DNA from: Epithemia pelagica
Taxonomy: Eukaryota; Protista; Bacillariophyta
Reading direction: 5' to 3'
Length of the DNA stretch: 64,000 nt
Assembly (NCBI GenBank): GCA_946965045.2
Contig: OX337237.1
Coordinates: 2,418,001 to 2,482,000, forward strand
The notes below the pieces were generated by a model. That model did no database searches and was not told the DNA's origin. It saw only the letters and a list, made by a program, of their open reading frames with translations. Position numbers and translations under genes: made by a program. Shown here piece by piece: positions 44,531-57,800 of the stretch. The stretch's first letter is position 1, and each line of letters starts with the position of its first letter.

Positions 44531-45096
44531 CTCCCATCGAATACACTGTGCTGAGGAGGAAGATTGCTGTTGGATTGTTGAAGGATGAGACTCAAAAGAT
44601 CTGTCATTATACAGAGAAGCAGAGGTGCATAGGTACGATGAGGATCATCCTCATCTGTTTTGTTTGGAATTTTGGTGAATTGTGTGACAGAATGCGATTG
44701 TAGTCGTACTTTGTCGATTGGATGAGGAGTGACTTTGTACTACAGAGTCGATATTACCCATGTCAGGGTATTGACTTGGAGACTAATAGTAAGGAGATCC
44801 GTAAGTGAGTTACTTACTAAGAGACTAATAGTACGTCTGAAGAATGAGGGGTGACTGACTGTGATGACTGTAGTCGGTGGGGTGAGAAGGCAGTGATTGA
44901 TTGGCAGACTGAAAGTAACTGGGGAACATACTTACTGATTTTACTACATGACTTCATAGTTAGTCATAGTAAATCACATAGTCATGTATTTTGGCAAATG
45001 TGTGATTATTGTACTACACAACCCTGCCCCAGAAAGGGAGGCTACAAGGAATCCAGTGGACAAGAATGGGCAAGTCAACACTAAATACCCAAGTGT

Positions 45097-48000
45097 TGCC
45101 ATACCCATGTAAAATAGCACGGTATAAAAATTGTGATCTTTAGGATTTACGAGGAATTAGGGGGAATGAGGAATCCACAGTGCCACGTGCGACGAGAAAT
45201 GACTGGAGGAGGAACAGCCAGGTGGCGGAAGACGCATGTCGCAGTGTCAAGAACGCGAACCGGGAATGGAACGTGGTGACACGTATGGCGGGATCCATAT
45301 AGGGGTACCGCACTCTACCTCTCCCTGGTCGGACCTAGGGAGTTCGAGCGGGACAAGAATGGGAAAGCTTGGAGGCCAGCATTAAAACCCATTTATTCAC
45401 GAAATGGAACAAGGCGACGAATGTTGATTCGTTCAGTGACGTGGGGACCACGTTGGATAGTCACAGTGCCATTGGAATGGACTTGTGTAATCCGAAAGGG
45501 ATTAGGGCTTGTGCGGAGCTCAAGCTTGTCCGGATTCGTGGCGCGGAGCAACACACGATCGTTGACAGCGTAGTCATGAAAGACACGAGAACGATTTGCG
45601 AGACGAGCGCGTTCATCGACAATCTGTTGTCGTTTCAGACGGACTGTTTCCATGTCCGCGATAATAGGGATGTCGAACAGCATGTCGCGATGGAACGCAA
45701 GACTGCCGGGCGAATATTTCAAGGCGCCATGAATGGCAGTGCGAGTAGAATACGCAGCGGTCTGCAGAGCAGTATCCACAGCAAGTGCAGCATTTTGTGC
45801 ATCTTGTGGTGGTTCATAGTTGGTGATCACACGAAGAGTGTTGCCAACAGTCAAATGTAAGCGCTCGCAAAGAGCATTTGATTGAGGATTCTTGGCCGTC
45901 AACGGCACTGGCTTAATGCCATGGTTTCGAAGAACTTGCGTGAACGCATGTCCGATAAATTCACCGCCTTGATCAAAAAGGCAACGAACGGGACGTGGAT
46001 ATCGTGAGAGCCACGCGTTTTCCAATTGAAGACCCACGTGACGTGCCGTCTTGTCATGGATGCGAATGAGTTCGCAGAAGTTAGTGACGTTATCGATAAT
46101 AGTCAAGGCTTGAAATGTTAATTTCTGCCCATGAACGGTAACGTTCCATGGTCCAATGAGGTCGACAGAGATGTCAGCCCATGGATTGCCTCGGACCTCG
46201 CGAGGAGGGAGTTCACCGTAATGGCGATGTATGACTTTAGAGCGTTGGCATGTAGCACAACTAGCCACGGCTTGTTCACAATACAAACCCAAATTAGGAT
46301 GATTCATGTGCATAGAGATCGTCTCACGAAGACGTGTCGAACCCAAGTGATTGAGGGACAGGTGAAACCAATTGACGGTATGTGCCAAGAGGCTGTCTGG
46401 GATACGAATACGCCATACGGCATTAGGATTCTGACGATAACAAATCAAGTTGTATTGTGGGTTTTCCGTAGGGAAGGGTTGGAGATGGAATCTCTGTGGT
46501 TGTTCGGTCAACTTGGCCACAAGAGCGGCATCGTTTTGTTGGTGTTGATGGATCGTCGCGTAATCGACGGGCAATGGTTGATTTGCGTTAATGGGAGGAT
46601 GATTGAGGTAGACATCGATCAAATCCTCATCCATGAAGATGGGAGATTCGAAAGCGTCAGGATCACGCGAGTGATGAGAGCGGGGGTCATCATTAGGGCC
46701 ATGAGGCACTTGCAACACTGAGTGTTGTCCGCTATGATCATAGAGCGATCGTGGATGCGGCGAGGCATCCGTAGAGGAGGTCGACGACGGAGAGACACTC
46801 TTCTCCTCCTCTTCAGAGAGAGGGAGACGCGACAATGCGTCGGCGATGACATTGTCCTGGCCAGGGACATAGTGAAAAATAGGGTTATACTCCTCGAGGA
46901 ACAACCGCCAACGGAGGACCCGTTGCGAGTTGAGTGTTGCGTAGGTGAGATTTTTATGGTCCGTATGGACGTGCAGTTCGGCACAGCCGAGCAGCATGGA
47001 GCGGAACTCTTTAAGGGTTTCGACAATGGAGAGTAACTCCTTTTCCATAGTAGTGTAGTTGCGTTGAGCAGGGTTTAACTTGCGAGAGTAATAAGCGACG
47101 GGAACGTCTTGTTGCATGATTACAGCACCAAGCTGATAATCAGAGGCGTCCACATAGACATGGAAGGGAAGGTTATGGTCGGGATACCGAAGGAAGGCAT
47201 CATGTGCGAGCATGGACTTGGCTTGTTCGAAAGCACGTTGACATTGCGGGGACCAAACGAGGGTCTTGTTACCCGTTATGGATGTGAGGGGAGCAAGAAT
47301 ATGAGATCTTTGCGGATACATGTGGCGATAGAAATTGATCATGCCAATGAAGGAACGGAGTTCTTTCATGGTTTTTGGCGGAGCCAATGCCAAGATGGCA
47401 GAAATCTTCTTTTTCCAAGGCTTGATCCCAGTGGGCGTGAGCCAATGGCCGAGCCATTCCGTTTCTTTAACGGCCCATTCACATTTGGAAGGGTTGATGG
47501 AGAAGTTTTTGTCTTGAAGACGTTGGAGAACTTTGGACAGGATGTCCACGTGTTCTTCCCAAGAATTGGAGAAGATGCCAATGTCGTCAATATAGACTTC
47601 GACATGGTCGCTGAAGTCCTTGAGGACGTCTTCCATAATCTCTTGACAGAAGTCAGGAGACTGTTTAACACCCATCGGTAAGCGACGGTAACGGAATTTG
47701 CCAAAAGGCGTAGTAATGACGCAAAGATTGCTGGATTCCTCATCGAGGCGGAATGTGTAAAAACACATGGAGATGTCTAACTTTGTAAAATACGTGTAGC
47801 CTTTCCGTTTACGGAGCATGTCCTCGATACGAGGAAAGGGGTAGACCCGACGGTGAAGTTGGGCGTTCAAAGAACGAAAGTCCGAAATCATTCGGATACG
47901 ACCATCTTTTTTAGGAATGGCAAAGTGAGGAGCAGCCCATTCGGTGGACCCGACGCGCTCTAGGATGCCGATGTCGACAAAGCGCCACAGCTCCTTGGTG

Positions 48001-50807
48001 AAGGTATCGTGTATGTTTCGAGGGACCGAGAAATGACGATGATGGACCGGCTGGGCATCAGGTTTGAGATGGAGATGGAGCGTCCGATCCGGATACTCAC
48101 GGAGCTCGCCATCGAAGATTTTGCCACAGTCTTGCCAAATGGCAAGAAGATCTTACTTTTGGGCATCGGTAAGATGTGTTTGTTGATTAATCAACTCTTG
48201 TAGATCCGTAGGAACGTAATTAGAATCCAAGAGGAATTGATCACCAATAATGGGATCGTCGGCAAAGATGTCGATGAAATGAGACATGAATGTCTGGTCA
48301 GTGGCGAATGAATCGCGATGGCGCATAGCGACATCAACGGAGTCCCAAGTTGTGAGACCAGTGTGAAAATTGAGCACAATGCCCAAGCGACGTAAAAGAT
48401 CGCGACCAATAATGATGTCATAACGACAAGTGGGGGCATCAAAGATGTCGGCCCAAAGGGGGTACGAAATGTGTTTGGTCCGAGAAAACTCGGGGAGAAC
48501 CAAATCTTCGAGAAGAATCTCGGAGACGTGGTCGCGCGTACCCATGGTGGTATTGACAGACCGATTGGTTACACGTGGATGCATGCCGGGCTGAAGACAG
48601 CGCGCGTGCAGGATCGTCTTGTCGGCGCCTGAATCGAGCAGGGCACGCAACGGGACGGTGTTCTCGACTCCACCAATGGACCGAGCCATCAAAATGGTGA
48701 GGGGAACAGACGGAGGCTCAGAGGGAGCGACCGAAAGGGGACTAGATAAACTAGGAGCGTCAGAGACAGAACTAGATGAGTAGACATCTTCATAGTGATC
48801 TAGGTTAGATAAAAAACCATTATTGGGATCAACGATGTCAGCGATGACAGCATCCGTAGGATTAAGACAAGGGGAAACGACAGTATTCGTCGTTGCCTCC
48901 AGGGGAGGACAAATCGTAGATGTGGGCGATGTCCATGTTACGCCCGTAGATCTTGTACAATTGTTCGCGGACCTCGAGAATTGGGGCCTGAGGATGGCAG
49001 TCTCGGCCGGCATAGCCTGTGGAGGGCCAGTCTGGATGTGACATTGCTGAGCAAAAAGAACATCAAGATGATGAGAAATATCCGGAGAGGATGAGGTAAA
49101 AAAGGAAGAAGAACACATACCGGGGACCGTTCGATCGGCATTGCGGAGACTCGACCAATCACGAGTATCGGCAAGAGGACGTTGACGAGCACGATAAGCC
49201 GCGTCTTGCACAGAAGGCAACGGCTCGGCCAACGACGGGTCAACCGGTGGATTGTCGCCTGTGTTGGTGCCTTCAGAGGCATGCTGGTCTGAGCCAGATC
49301 CAGAGCGACGGGGAACAGCGCCCCAACTGGAACCAATAGGGCGCGATTCTCCAGACGAGGGAGTTCCCTGGCTACGAGAGCCTTGGCCGTTACGGCCTTG
49401 GTTCTGAGAACCATTGTTGGGATGAGACCCAGTAGGGGTACGAAGTCCAGACCCGGTACGGGCAAGAAAGGCGTTGAAACGCTCTTGGTTAAAATTGGAG
49501 GACTGCGGGTTGTAGATGCAGTTGGTCCAAGTATGATTGGCGTGCGAAGGAATCGAGTCCTTGTACGGACAGGCATCGCCGTCATTGACGGGACGATCAC
49601 CGGACGCTTGGCGTCCACCATTGGACTGGCGATTGCCGCCGCGGAGACCGCCACGGCCACCATTAGAGGAGCGAAAACGCTTCGTCGATCCACGAGAAGT
49701 GGAATCATCGCGAGGATTGCGGGACTTGGCCTGGGACTGTGCGTTGGCAGCCATCTTCTCTTGGGAGACCTTTTGATAGCCACGCATCGCATGAAGAAGG
49801 TCGGTGATGTTGAAATGATTCACCAAATCTGCAACCAAGGGATTGGCCGTCTTGAACTCGTTGCGCCAAGCAACAGGGGAACCGAGATAGAAGGCTTGCT
49901 TCAACTCATCGTCAGTGAGGGCTTGGACAGCGTTGTCGTTAGACAAGTAACGGAGACCGTTGGAAATCTTCTGGAGGGTGTGATAATGGATATCCACGTT
50001 CATATCAGGTGGCTTGCGAGGACCGCTAAGAAGGTGTGCCCGAAAGGCATTGACTTCGGAAACCGTCAACTTGGGTTCGAAGATCATAGCAATCAACCGT
50101 TTGAAACACGCCTCATCGAGGTTGGCGCCATCAGGCAAGGCCTGGAATGCATCATGAAACTTGTCCGCTATGAGACTTGTGGTAACACGGGGAAAGTAGG
50201 TGCAACAGGCAGCAAAGGGCTCTGGATGACCGGAGATCTTGACCTTGTCAACAAAATGGAGGACCCACAGGAAGAGATTTGAGGGTTCTTCGTCCACGCC
50301 ATCGCGGAATGGCAAGAGACGAGCGTAGTACTTGTCATCGTCGTCGTCTTTCATCTTGAGGGTGGAAAGAGCGGAGGAAGAATCTGAAGCCGAGGCTTGA
50401 TCGAAGCGCTTTTGGAAGCGTTGAACATCCGCAAGGGAGACGAGGGAAGATCCTGTGCTCATGATGAGACTGCAAAAGAAAGAAAAGGAAAGGAATCAAA
50501 GGATGATGAGATCAACGAGGATCGGCCAAAGAACGGCAGGTGGTTATGGTGAAAGAGTGTTGGGGGAAGTTTTTCAAGCTTCTGATCAGAGTGCCATACC
50601 CATGTAAAATAGCACGGTATAAAAATTGTGATCTTTAGGATTTACGAGGAATTAGGGGGAATGAGGAATCCACAGTGCCACGTGCGACGAGAAATGACTG
50701 GAGGAGGAACAGCCAGGTGGCGGAAGACGCATGTCGCAGTGTCAAGAACGCGAACCGGGAATGGAACGTGGTGACACGTATGGCGGGATCCATATAGGGG
50801 TACCGCA
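45097..50807 (-). mobile_element. Ty3/gypsy LTR retrotransposon
   Basis: 216-bp LTRs 45097-45312 and 50592-50807, no difference seen; TSD AGTGT (45092-45096, 50808-50812); PPT at 45313-45326. Confidence 0.97.
45393..50462 (-). pseudogene. gypsy gag-pol (gag-PR-RT-RH-IN) with one in-frame TAA at 48153-48155
   Basis: ALLDSGA protease; KLDISMC and VYIDD RT; VDASD RNase H; HLSLNH...CATC, SVDL, FDQG, ERLH integrase; frame is continuous across the stop (DAQK*DLLAIW). Confidence 0.93.
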
Positions 50808-50826
50808 AGTGTCTGCTACAGTGACA

Positions 50827-51615
50827 TCACCCTGGCGGCGCGCCACAAGAGTCTCGTATCCCCCCCAAATCTTCTTCGATGTGTGTTCGCTGCTTCTTAC
50901 TGGGGCTCTCATCTTGGGTTTGACCATCATGGGCTGGGGTGTTGTCTTGATATGCTAGGTTGTCTTTCCTTCTAGTAGCTTCCTCACGACCATCAGCCAA
51001 TGCCTCATCTCTCATTGCCACCATTAAGTCACGCATTTGCTCAACCTTATCTGTTGGTACATACTCAGATAAGAAATCATCCAAAATTCTCATCTTTCCC
51101 CCATCGCCACGTAACTTCTTTGCTGACGACAACCCACTCAATCCAAGGTCCACGTCCACAAATGCCAATGCCTTCCTAGCACTCTTGTCAGAAGGCAGCC
51201 CAAGATCATGCTTGATGAACCACAATGATTGCTCATACAAAGGGTACTGACGCGCTCGGTTGTGCATACTGACTGTCACAATTGAAGTTGGATCCGGCCC
51301 AATATAATTCATCTTCCATATACTGACTCTGTGTTCAGACAGTAGGTCACTCTGCTCTCTGTAGGACCAATAAAGCATTGTACTGTTTTGAATATACAGG
51401 GATGCAGTAGATACACTCTTGTGGCGCGCCGCCAGGGTGATGTCACTGTAGCAGACACTTGGGTATTTAGTGTTGACTTGCCCATTCTTGTCCACTGGAT
51501 TCCTTGTAGCCTCCCTTTCTGGGGCTGTTAAATGATCCAGCACTCCCCAGACTGCGAATAAATAACCAAGCTTGCGAAGTGTGTGAGACTCGCCATTAGA
51601 GGTCCGCAGAAACAA
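50827..51615 (-). CDS. Hypothetical ORF crossing the palindrome spacer
   Basis: 262 open codons (TTG start); no recognised domain; left-arm copy is split by hAT and gypsy. Confidence 0.35.
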   Translation of the reverse strand: MFLRTSNGESHTLRKLGYLFAVWGVLDHLTAPEREATRNPVDKNGQVNTKYPSVCYSDITLAARHKSVSTASLYIQNSTMLYWSYREQSDLLSEHRVSIWKMNYIGPDPTSIVTVSMHNRARQYPLYEQSLWFIKHDLGLPSDKSARKALAFVDVDLGLSGLSSAKKLRGDGGKMRILDDFLSEYVPTDKVEQMRDLMVAMRDEALADGREEATRRKDNLAYQDNTPAHDGQTQDESPSKKQRTHIEEDLGGIRDSCGAPPG

Positions 51616-54600
51616 GGACAGCAGACAGACTAATCCTTAATGATATTCTATATAGAGTTTCATACAGTGTGCAATAGGAGCACTCAAGAACATCTTGCTT
51701 GCAGTCGTGCCATGTGAATGCTGCATAGTGTATACTCTATGTAGTCTTGGAAGATTCTGTCACGCCAGCCAGCATCATTGGATCTTGTGACATGGTTCCA
51801 ACTTCCATTTTCCATTGTCTCACACAATTATACAGCTTTTGATGTTGTGCGGCGGTTGTGGAGAGTTGTTGTCTCTTTTAGATGGCTCTCTCTCGAATCT
51901 TTTGCGTCTCTCTGTCGTTCCTCTCTAGAAGGTGTGTGAAAGAGTGTTTTGTCCCAGAGGTAGTCTCCGGAACGAACAATCATCATCATCATGACGACGG
52001 AACCAGCTCCGCCTGTAGTAGCGTGGCAAGAGGATCCCGTGTTGCAACAATCGATTCGACAAGTGCAATTTCCCTTTTGTAACGTGACAGTGGCTCGTGA
52101 CTTGTTTACACCCGCACCCTTTGTGGCATCTCCCCGTCTGGTTCGGACCAATCGACTGGCGCTTCGCTGGGGTGGTGCCTCGAACGATCTCGTGACCCTG
52201 TTGGAAGGCACACCGGAGGAACAAACGGACTATATCGTGGGATTGGTAACAACCAGTGTCGTGGTGGCCCTTGTGTGTGCCACGTGGACACTCTTTTTGA
52301 TTCTGGCCAAGTGTCTGGGCTATCGACAGTGTGGGTTCCTGTGTGGACGCTTTGTTCGACCCACCCTCGAATCGGTTCAGAACCAAACACAGAAGAAGAA
52401 GAACAGCCATACGACGAATCCAACACCACGGTGGTGGTGGCGTTCCGGGCGATGGTCCTCCTCCTCTTCTCCCAGGACACCACCCGTGCAACCACCACCA
52501 CCACAACCAACCACTTTGGACCACCATCCTCCGAATGACAACGACGACGACGACCCTTGGTTGTGGGATCGTCGCATCCCCACTGCACCTCCACAATTAC
52601 CACCACCACCATCGAATGAGGAGGAGGAGGATGGCGGACGGGAACGAATCGATCCACCGCCGGCTGTCGTACCAATCCTTTCACAACAGGACCCTGCGTG
52701 GCCCACCCCCAAGGACGACGACACCCCGAATTTCTACGACTACGACTACTCCAAAAACAACTCATCACCACCACAAAAGGATCACGACGACCACGAGGAC
52801 GAAAAGAACGTCGATGAGAATGTTCCAAACCACACTATCATCAACAACAACATCAACAACAAGGAAGCTCGAATCCATGACTACGACGATCGAGTCCCTC
52901 CAGGCATGTTTGGAGAAGAAGAAGAAGAAGGCATCGTAATGGGCGAGGACGACGACGATTTCTTGGAATCGCAGCCACCGACGTCCAAGAATCTCGTGCA
53001 ACAACAACAACAACAACTGGAACAACGACTACCACCCACCACCACTGCCATTCACGAGGATGGAAACCTTGTCGAAACACAACAAGAAGAACTTGGAGGA
53101 TCCTATAAGGATCGTGCCTTGATCCTCTATGAACAAGAACAACAATCCCAACGACAAGAATTGCAGCGACCAACAAGTCTGGCGTCTTGTGGTGGTGGTG
53201 GTGGTTCGCTCGATTGTGAAACCAATCACATGGATCCGTCCAGGAACAACATTCTGCTGCAATCGATTCCACAAACTCCAACGCCTCATGAGGCAACCAT
53301 CGAGTGGCGTCGGGTTTGTCGATCTCAAGAACGACGCAAGAAACGTGTTTGCATCGTCTTGGGAATTGCCTGTCTCTGTATTTGTGTATCGGCCGTCTTG
53401 TTTTGTTACCATGGGACGGTCTACGTGCACGATACCTTGGATTCGGTCGCCTCGGGATTGCAAAAGATTCAAACCCTCTGCCACCACGCTGATTGAAACC
53501 TATCAAGTGCGACAAACCAATACCACACTCCAACTCCAAGACATGTTGACCAATCTCAATGGCCTGTGTCCCAAGGTACGACAAGAACTCTGTCAAAGTT
53601 TAGAACCGGAACCTACCAATTGTAACTTTACCGACTTGCCGCCCGTGATTGCCACCAGTTTGCCACGCGTCTTTGAGTTGGTCTATCAATCGCAAACGTA
53701 CATTAATGACCAACTGGACAATGTCCAGAACGATTTGCAAGATTTGATTCAAGGCATTGATACAGTCTTGGAGTCTAATACTTCGTTGGATTGGCTCTTT
53801 TGGATTGCATTTGCGTTCATGATTGCCCTCAGTCTGTGCTGCCTGGTCCTCGTTTCGGGCCTGGTCCAATCTCATGTCTATGGACACTCCTTGCATTGGT
53901 TGCAACAATGGTTCCGACATCAAGTGGTGGTCCCCCTCTTTTGCGTGTTGGCCGGGATTGCCTTTGTGTTTGCCCTCGCCTTTATCATTGCGGCGGTCGC
54001 CGCGTCCGATTGGTGTATCAATTCTCCCGATGCCAAAGTGACGTATCTCTTGGATCAAGTCTTTCAACCCAATACTCCAACAACGAACAACAATCCGTTG
54101 GATTCCATTATCTACACCTTTGCCAAATTTTATGTCAATAGTTGTCAAGATGAATACTCGCCGATTCAACCGAGTCAACAATCGTCTCGATTGCAAACTG
54201 GGTTGCACGCCGTGGCCGACTTTGCCGATACCACGGGATCCTTGACCGTTGAGGAGTGGAGTGCCGTGTGTGGTCAAGATTTGACCGTCTTGCAAACCTT
54301 TTCCGAATTGATTCAACAAGTCTTGTGTTTGTTAACCTTGACCATGGAAGATGTCAATCGATTCTTTTGGTGTCGTTATTGGAGTCCCATTTATACCACC
54401 TTTATGCATCAAGCCGTGTGTACCAATGTACGTGTGACGTGTGTTTGTATAGTACCGAGAATGACGCGGAAACGATAGGAATGGTTCCTATTGTGATGAC
54501 TCACTAATAGTATGTGCGTGTGTTTCTTCATGGGGTCTTTGTTTGTGTGTCTTTCGGACAGGCCCAAAATGGATTGGCTTGGGTGGCCGGTACCAATTTG

Positions 54601-54810
54601 GCCATTGTGTGCTGTGCCTTGATTGTCTTGTTGTTGCGAGCGGGTGCCTTTGACATTCAAGACGAGGAGGAGTATTTACGACAAATTCGACGATGCCGCC
54701 ATTGCTGTGCTCGGTTCGTGTGTGGTTGTTGTTCTGGTTGTGCTGCCAGATACAAGAACAACCAGAATGACAATCCAGAGGTGGGACTACAAACAACCAG
54801 TGAGTTTGAT

Positions 54811-57800
54811 TGTCGGAATCAAAGAATTGAGTCGCTCTTCATGTCGTGATCCCGAAGTGGTCGCACATCCAAATCCTTGGGATAGAAACCGCATGGGAGG
54901 CGGTTATAGATCACCTAGATCTTGGATGATTTCGATCTCAACTGGCACAACAACAACTCTAGTCGTAACACTCACTCTTTCTAGATCGATCATTTTGAAA
55001 AGCAATTCGTCTACATTTACATCTCTATTGCTTCTGTGCACGGAAGACTCCATTTGGGCCAATCTAGTGATCCAACATACTAGCTAGTATCGGTGATTGC
55101 TTTGTTGGTCCCTCTGATGCAAAAGAGAGAGAATCAAGCCTTACGGGAACAAGAAGAATCGAAGAACTGAGTCAAATCGTTGGATTGTTACATTGAAATC
55201 GGGACAGAACGACCATTACCGCAAAGGTTTGGAATCGTTGATCGTGTGTTGTTGTTTGCCAAACTCGTCTAACTCCATTCATCTATCATCAAAATCATCA
55301 TCATGGATACTACAAGCAATGACAAGTCGGCAACAGCGGTCAAGGTACCAACTTTCTCCGGGAAGAAGTCGGACTATCCGATCTGGTGGATGAGATTCCG
55401 TTCTCATGCCCGAGTATACAATTTCATACAAGCTCTCTCAGAACAGCCTGATCCTGATTTGCCGGGAACAGAAGATGCCGTGATCGATGAATCAACAGAC
55501 TCCGGAAAGAAGCAGAAGAAGGCTTTACACCGGAATGCAATGGCAGTATCCTGTCTCAGTATGGCTCTTCAAGCCGATGACGATCTCAAGCTTGTCATGA
55601 AGTCCATCACAGCTGATTGGCCGGGAGGACAAGCTCATATCATCATCAAGGGGTTGATTCGGAATTATACAAGCGAAAACATTGCGGCCAAGACACGAAT
55701 CAGACAAGATATCAACAAAATCAACATGACTGATACCATGAACCCCAAGATTCTCCGCAAGAAGATCTCCCAAAGTGAGAATCGACACAACCACGAATTG
55801 GGTGACGACGATCTTGTCGCTATTGTGATCGAGAAAGCTGCTCCAGTATACAACACCATAGTAGCTGCCGAACAACGAGCCAAAGGAAGTCAAGTAACGG
55901 CCGATGATCTGATCGACGCCATGATGACCCAATGGAATCTCCACCATGACGAAGATGATGATGGCGAAGACGGAACGGAATCGAGTCTCGACAGTGGTGG
56001 ATTGTCACTTCAGGCCACTCAAGTTGTCAAGAACGCACCCATTTGTCAAGCCGTTGGAAACACTAACTCCGAGATCTCCAGTCCTTATGTGGTTTGTAAC
56101 TTCTGCCAAGAGCCAGGCCATGGATACTACCAATGTCCTTTGCGCCTGAATCAAGCCAATCAAGGTACAGCATTGGTCGCTGGACAATACCAAGCTCCAA
56201 ACAATGGACCTCCTCAGCATCAAGCATATCGACCAAACACTCCAGGACAGTATCAACAACGCCCATACGATCCCAATCGCCCAAGACCATATTGTGAGGA
56301 TTGTAAAGTGTATGGACATTCGACACATCGATGCTGGGAGAACCCCAAGAATGCACATTTGCGTCCGCCGAACTGGACAAGTCGCCGTCAACAACAACAA
56401 GCTCCACAACCACCACCACAACAGACTCCAACTCCCAATGGAACACAAGACATTGCCACTGTTGTTGCATCAAATTTGACCGGTCCTCCTGTGAACACCA
56501 CTAGCACAGCGTCTGCTAATCCTTCTCAAGGCACTCATGTTGAAGCACTTTTGAGCGGAATCGAGTTCCCTTCCGACATTCAGATCTTACGTGATCCGAA
56601 TATCTGGATCGCTGATACTGGCGCGACTCAACACATGACATCCCATGCGCAAGGGATGATCAACCTTCACAAACCTGTTGATCCCATCGGATTGGTGATG
56701 GCTAACGATACAACCGAAACTACTTCGTTGATTGGTGATTTGCCTGGTATTCGTTGCGACAAACATGGCCGCGAAGTCGGCACAGCTCGTCTGACTGGTG
56801 TGAATCTTCTTCCGTCGGCTGCCTTCAACCTTTTCAGCGTGTCGAAAATGCTGAAACAAGGTTGGTCTCTGTCTGGATCATCGGAGAAAATCGTCATCAG
56901 CAAAGGTCAGATGCATGTTGAATTCGATATTGTCATTCCCACTCCAGATGGCATGATTTTCTGCATGTACTTACGTCGAGATAACAACAAGACACATCAA
57001 GAAATCATCGGTGCGGCACCCAATGTCAACTTCCCCACAAAACGCAACGTCATGACACAGCAGCAAGCACATGACCGTCTTGGCCATATCGGCAATCATC
57101 AACTCAAGGCTATCATGGATCATCTTGGATTGACTCTTGACTCGTCTCCAATGGACCCATGTGCCGCATGTGCAGCCGGAAAGGCACGTCGAAAGAACTT
57201 CCCTCGATCTAAGTCGAAAACCAAACTTGACGACGATTATGATCCAAGCCAAGATCTTGCCGTGAATCGTGTGTATCTTGACATGAGTTCTGTCCGTCGT
57301 ACGCCATCGATGCCATACCCCAAGAAATACCAGTGGTGTATGATAGTGCATGGAAAGACCCAACTAAAATTCTCATCTTTTCATTCCTCAAAGAACGCGA
57401 TGGTCGAACCCGTTTGCGAATTGTTTCAACGATGGGCATCCAATGGATTGGGCGTGACACATGTCCGACTTGACAACGCCGGTGAGAACATTCTTCTACA
57501 GTCTCGAGCACAGTCTGCTGCGTGGAAATTGGGAATCGAGTTCGAGTTCACCGCGCGCAATACTCCCCAACAGAACTCCCTAGCGGAAGTTAGCATCTCT
57601 ACCATTGCTATGCGTGGACGAGCTATGATGCATTGAGCTAACCTACCTTTGGAATATCGCAATCTATTGTGGACTACAGCCTTCGATACTGCGACTTTAT
57701 TAGATGGACTCATCGTCATTGAGATCAATGGTGTTTCTCAGACTCGGTATAAACATTGGTGTGGTCAACTTCCCAAATTCGCCCATCATCTTCGCACATG

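Larger units (their letters stand above)
38210..45026. mobile_element. hAT DNA transposon carrying a DNA glycosylase gene
   Basis: 15-bp TIR CAGGGTTGTGTAGTA (38210-38224, 45012-45026); 8-bp TSD CCCCAGAA (38202-38209, 45027-45034); empty site present in the paralogous arm near 51517; TGACTA-rich subterminal regions. Confidence 0.96.
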
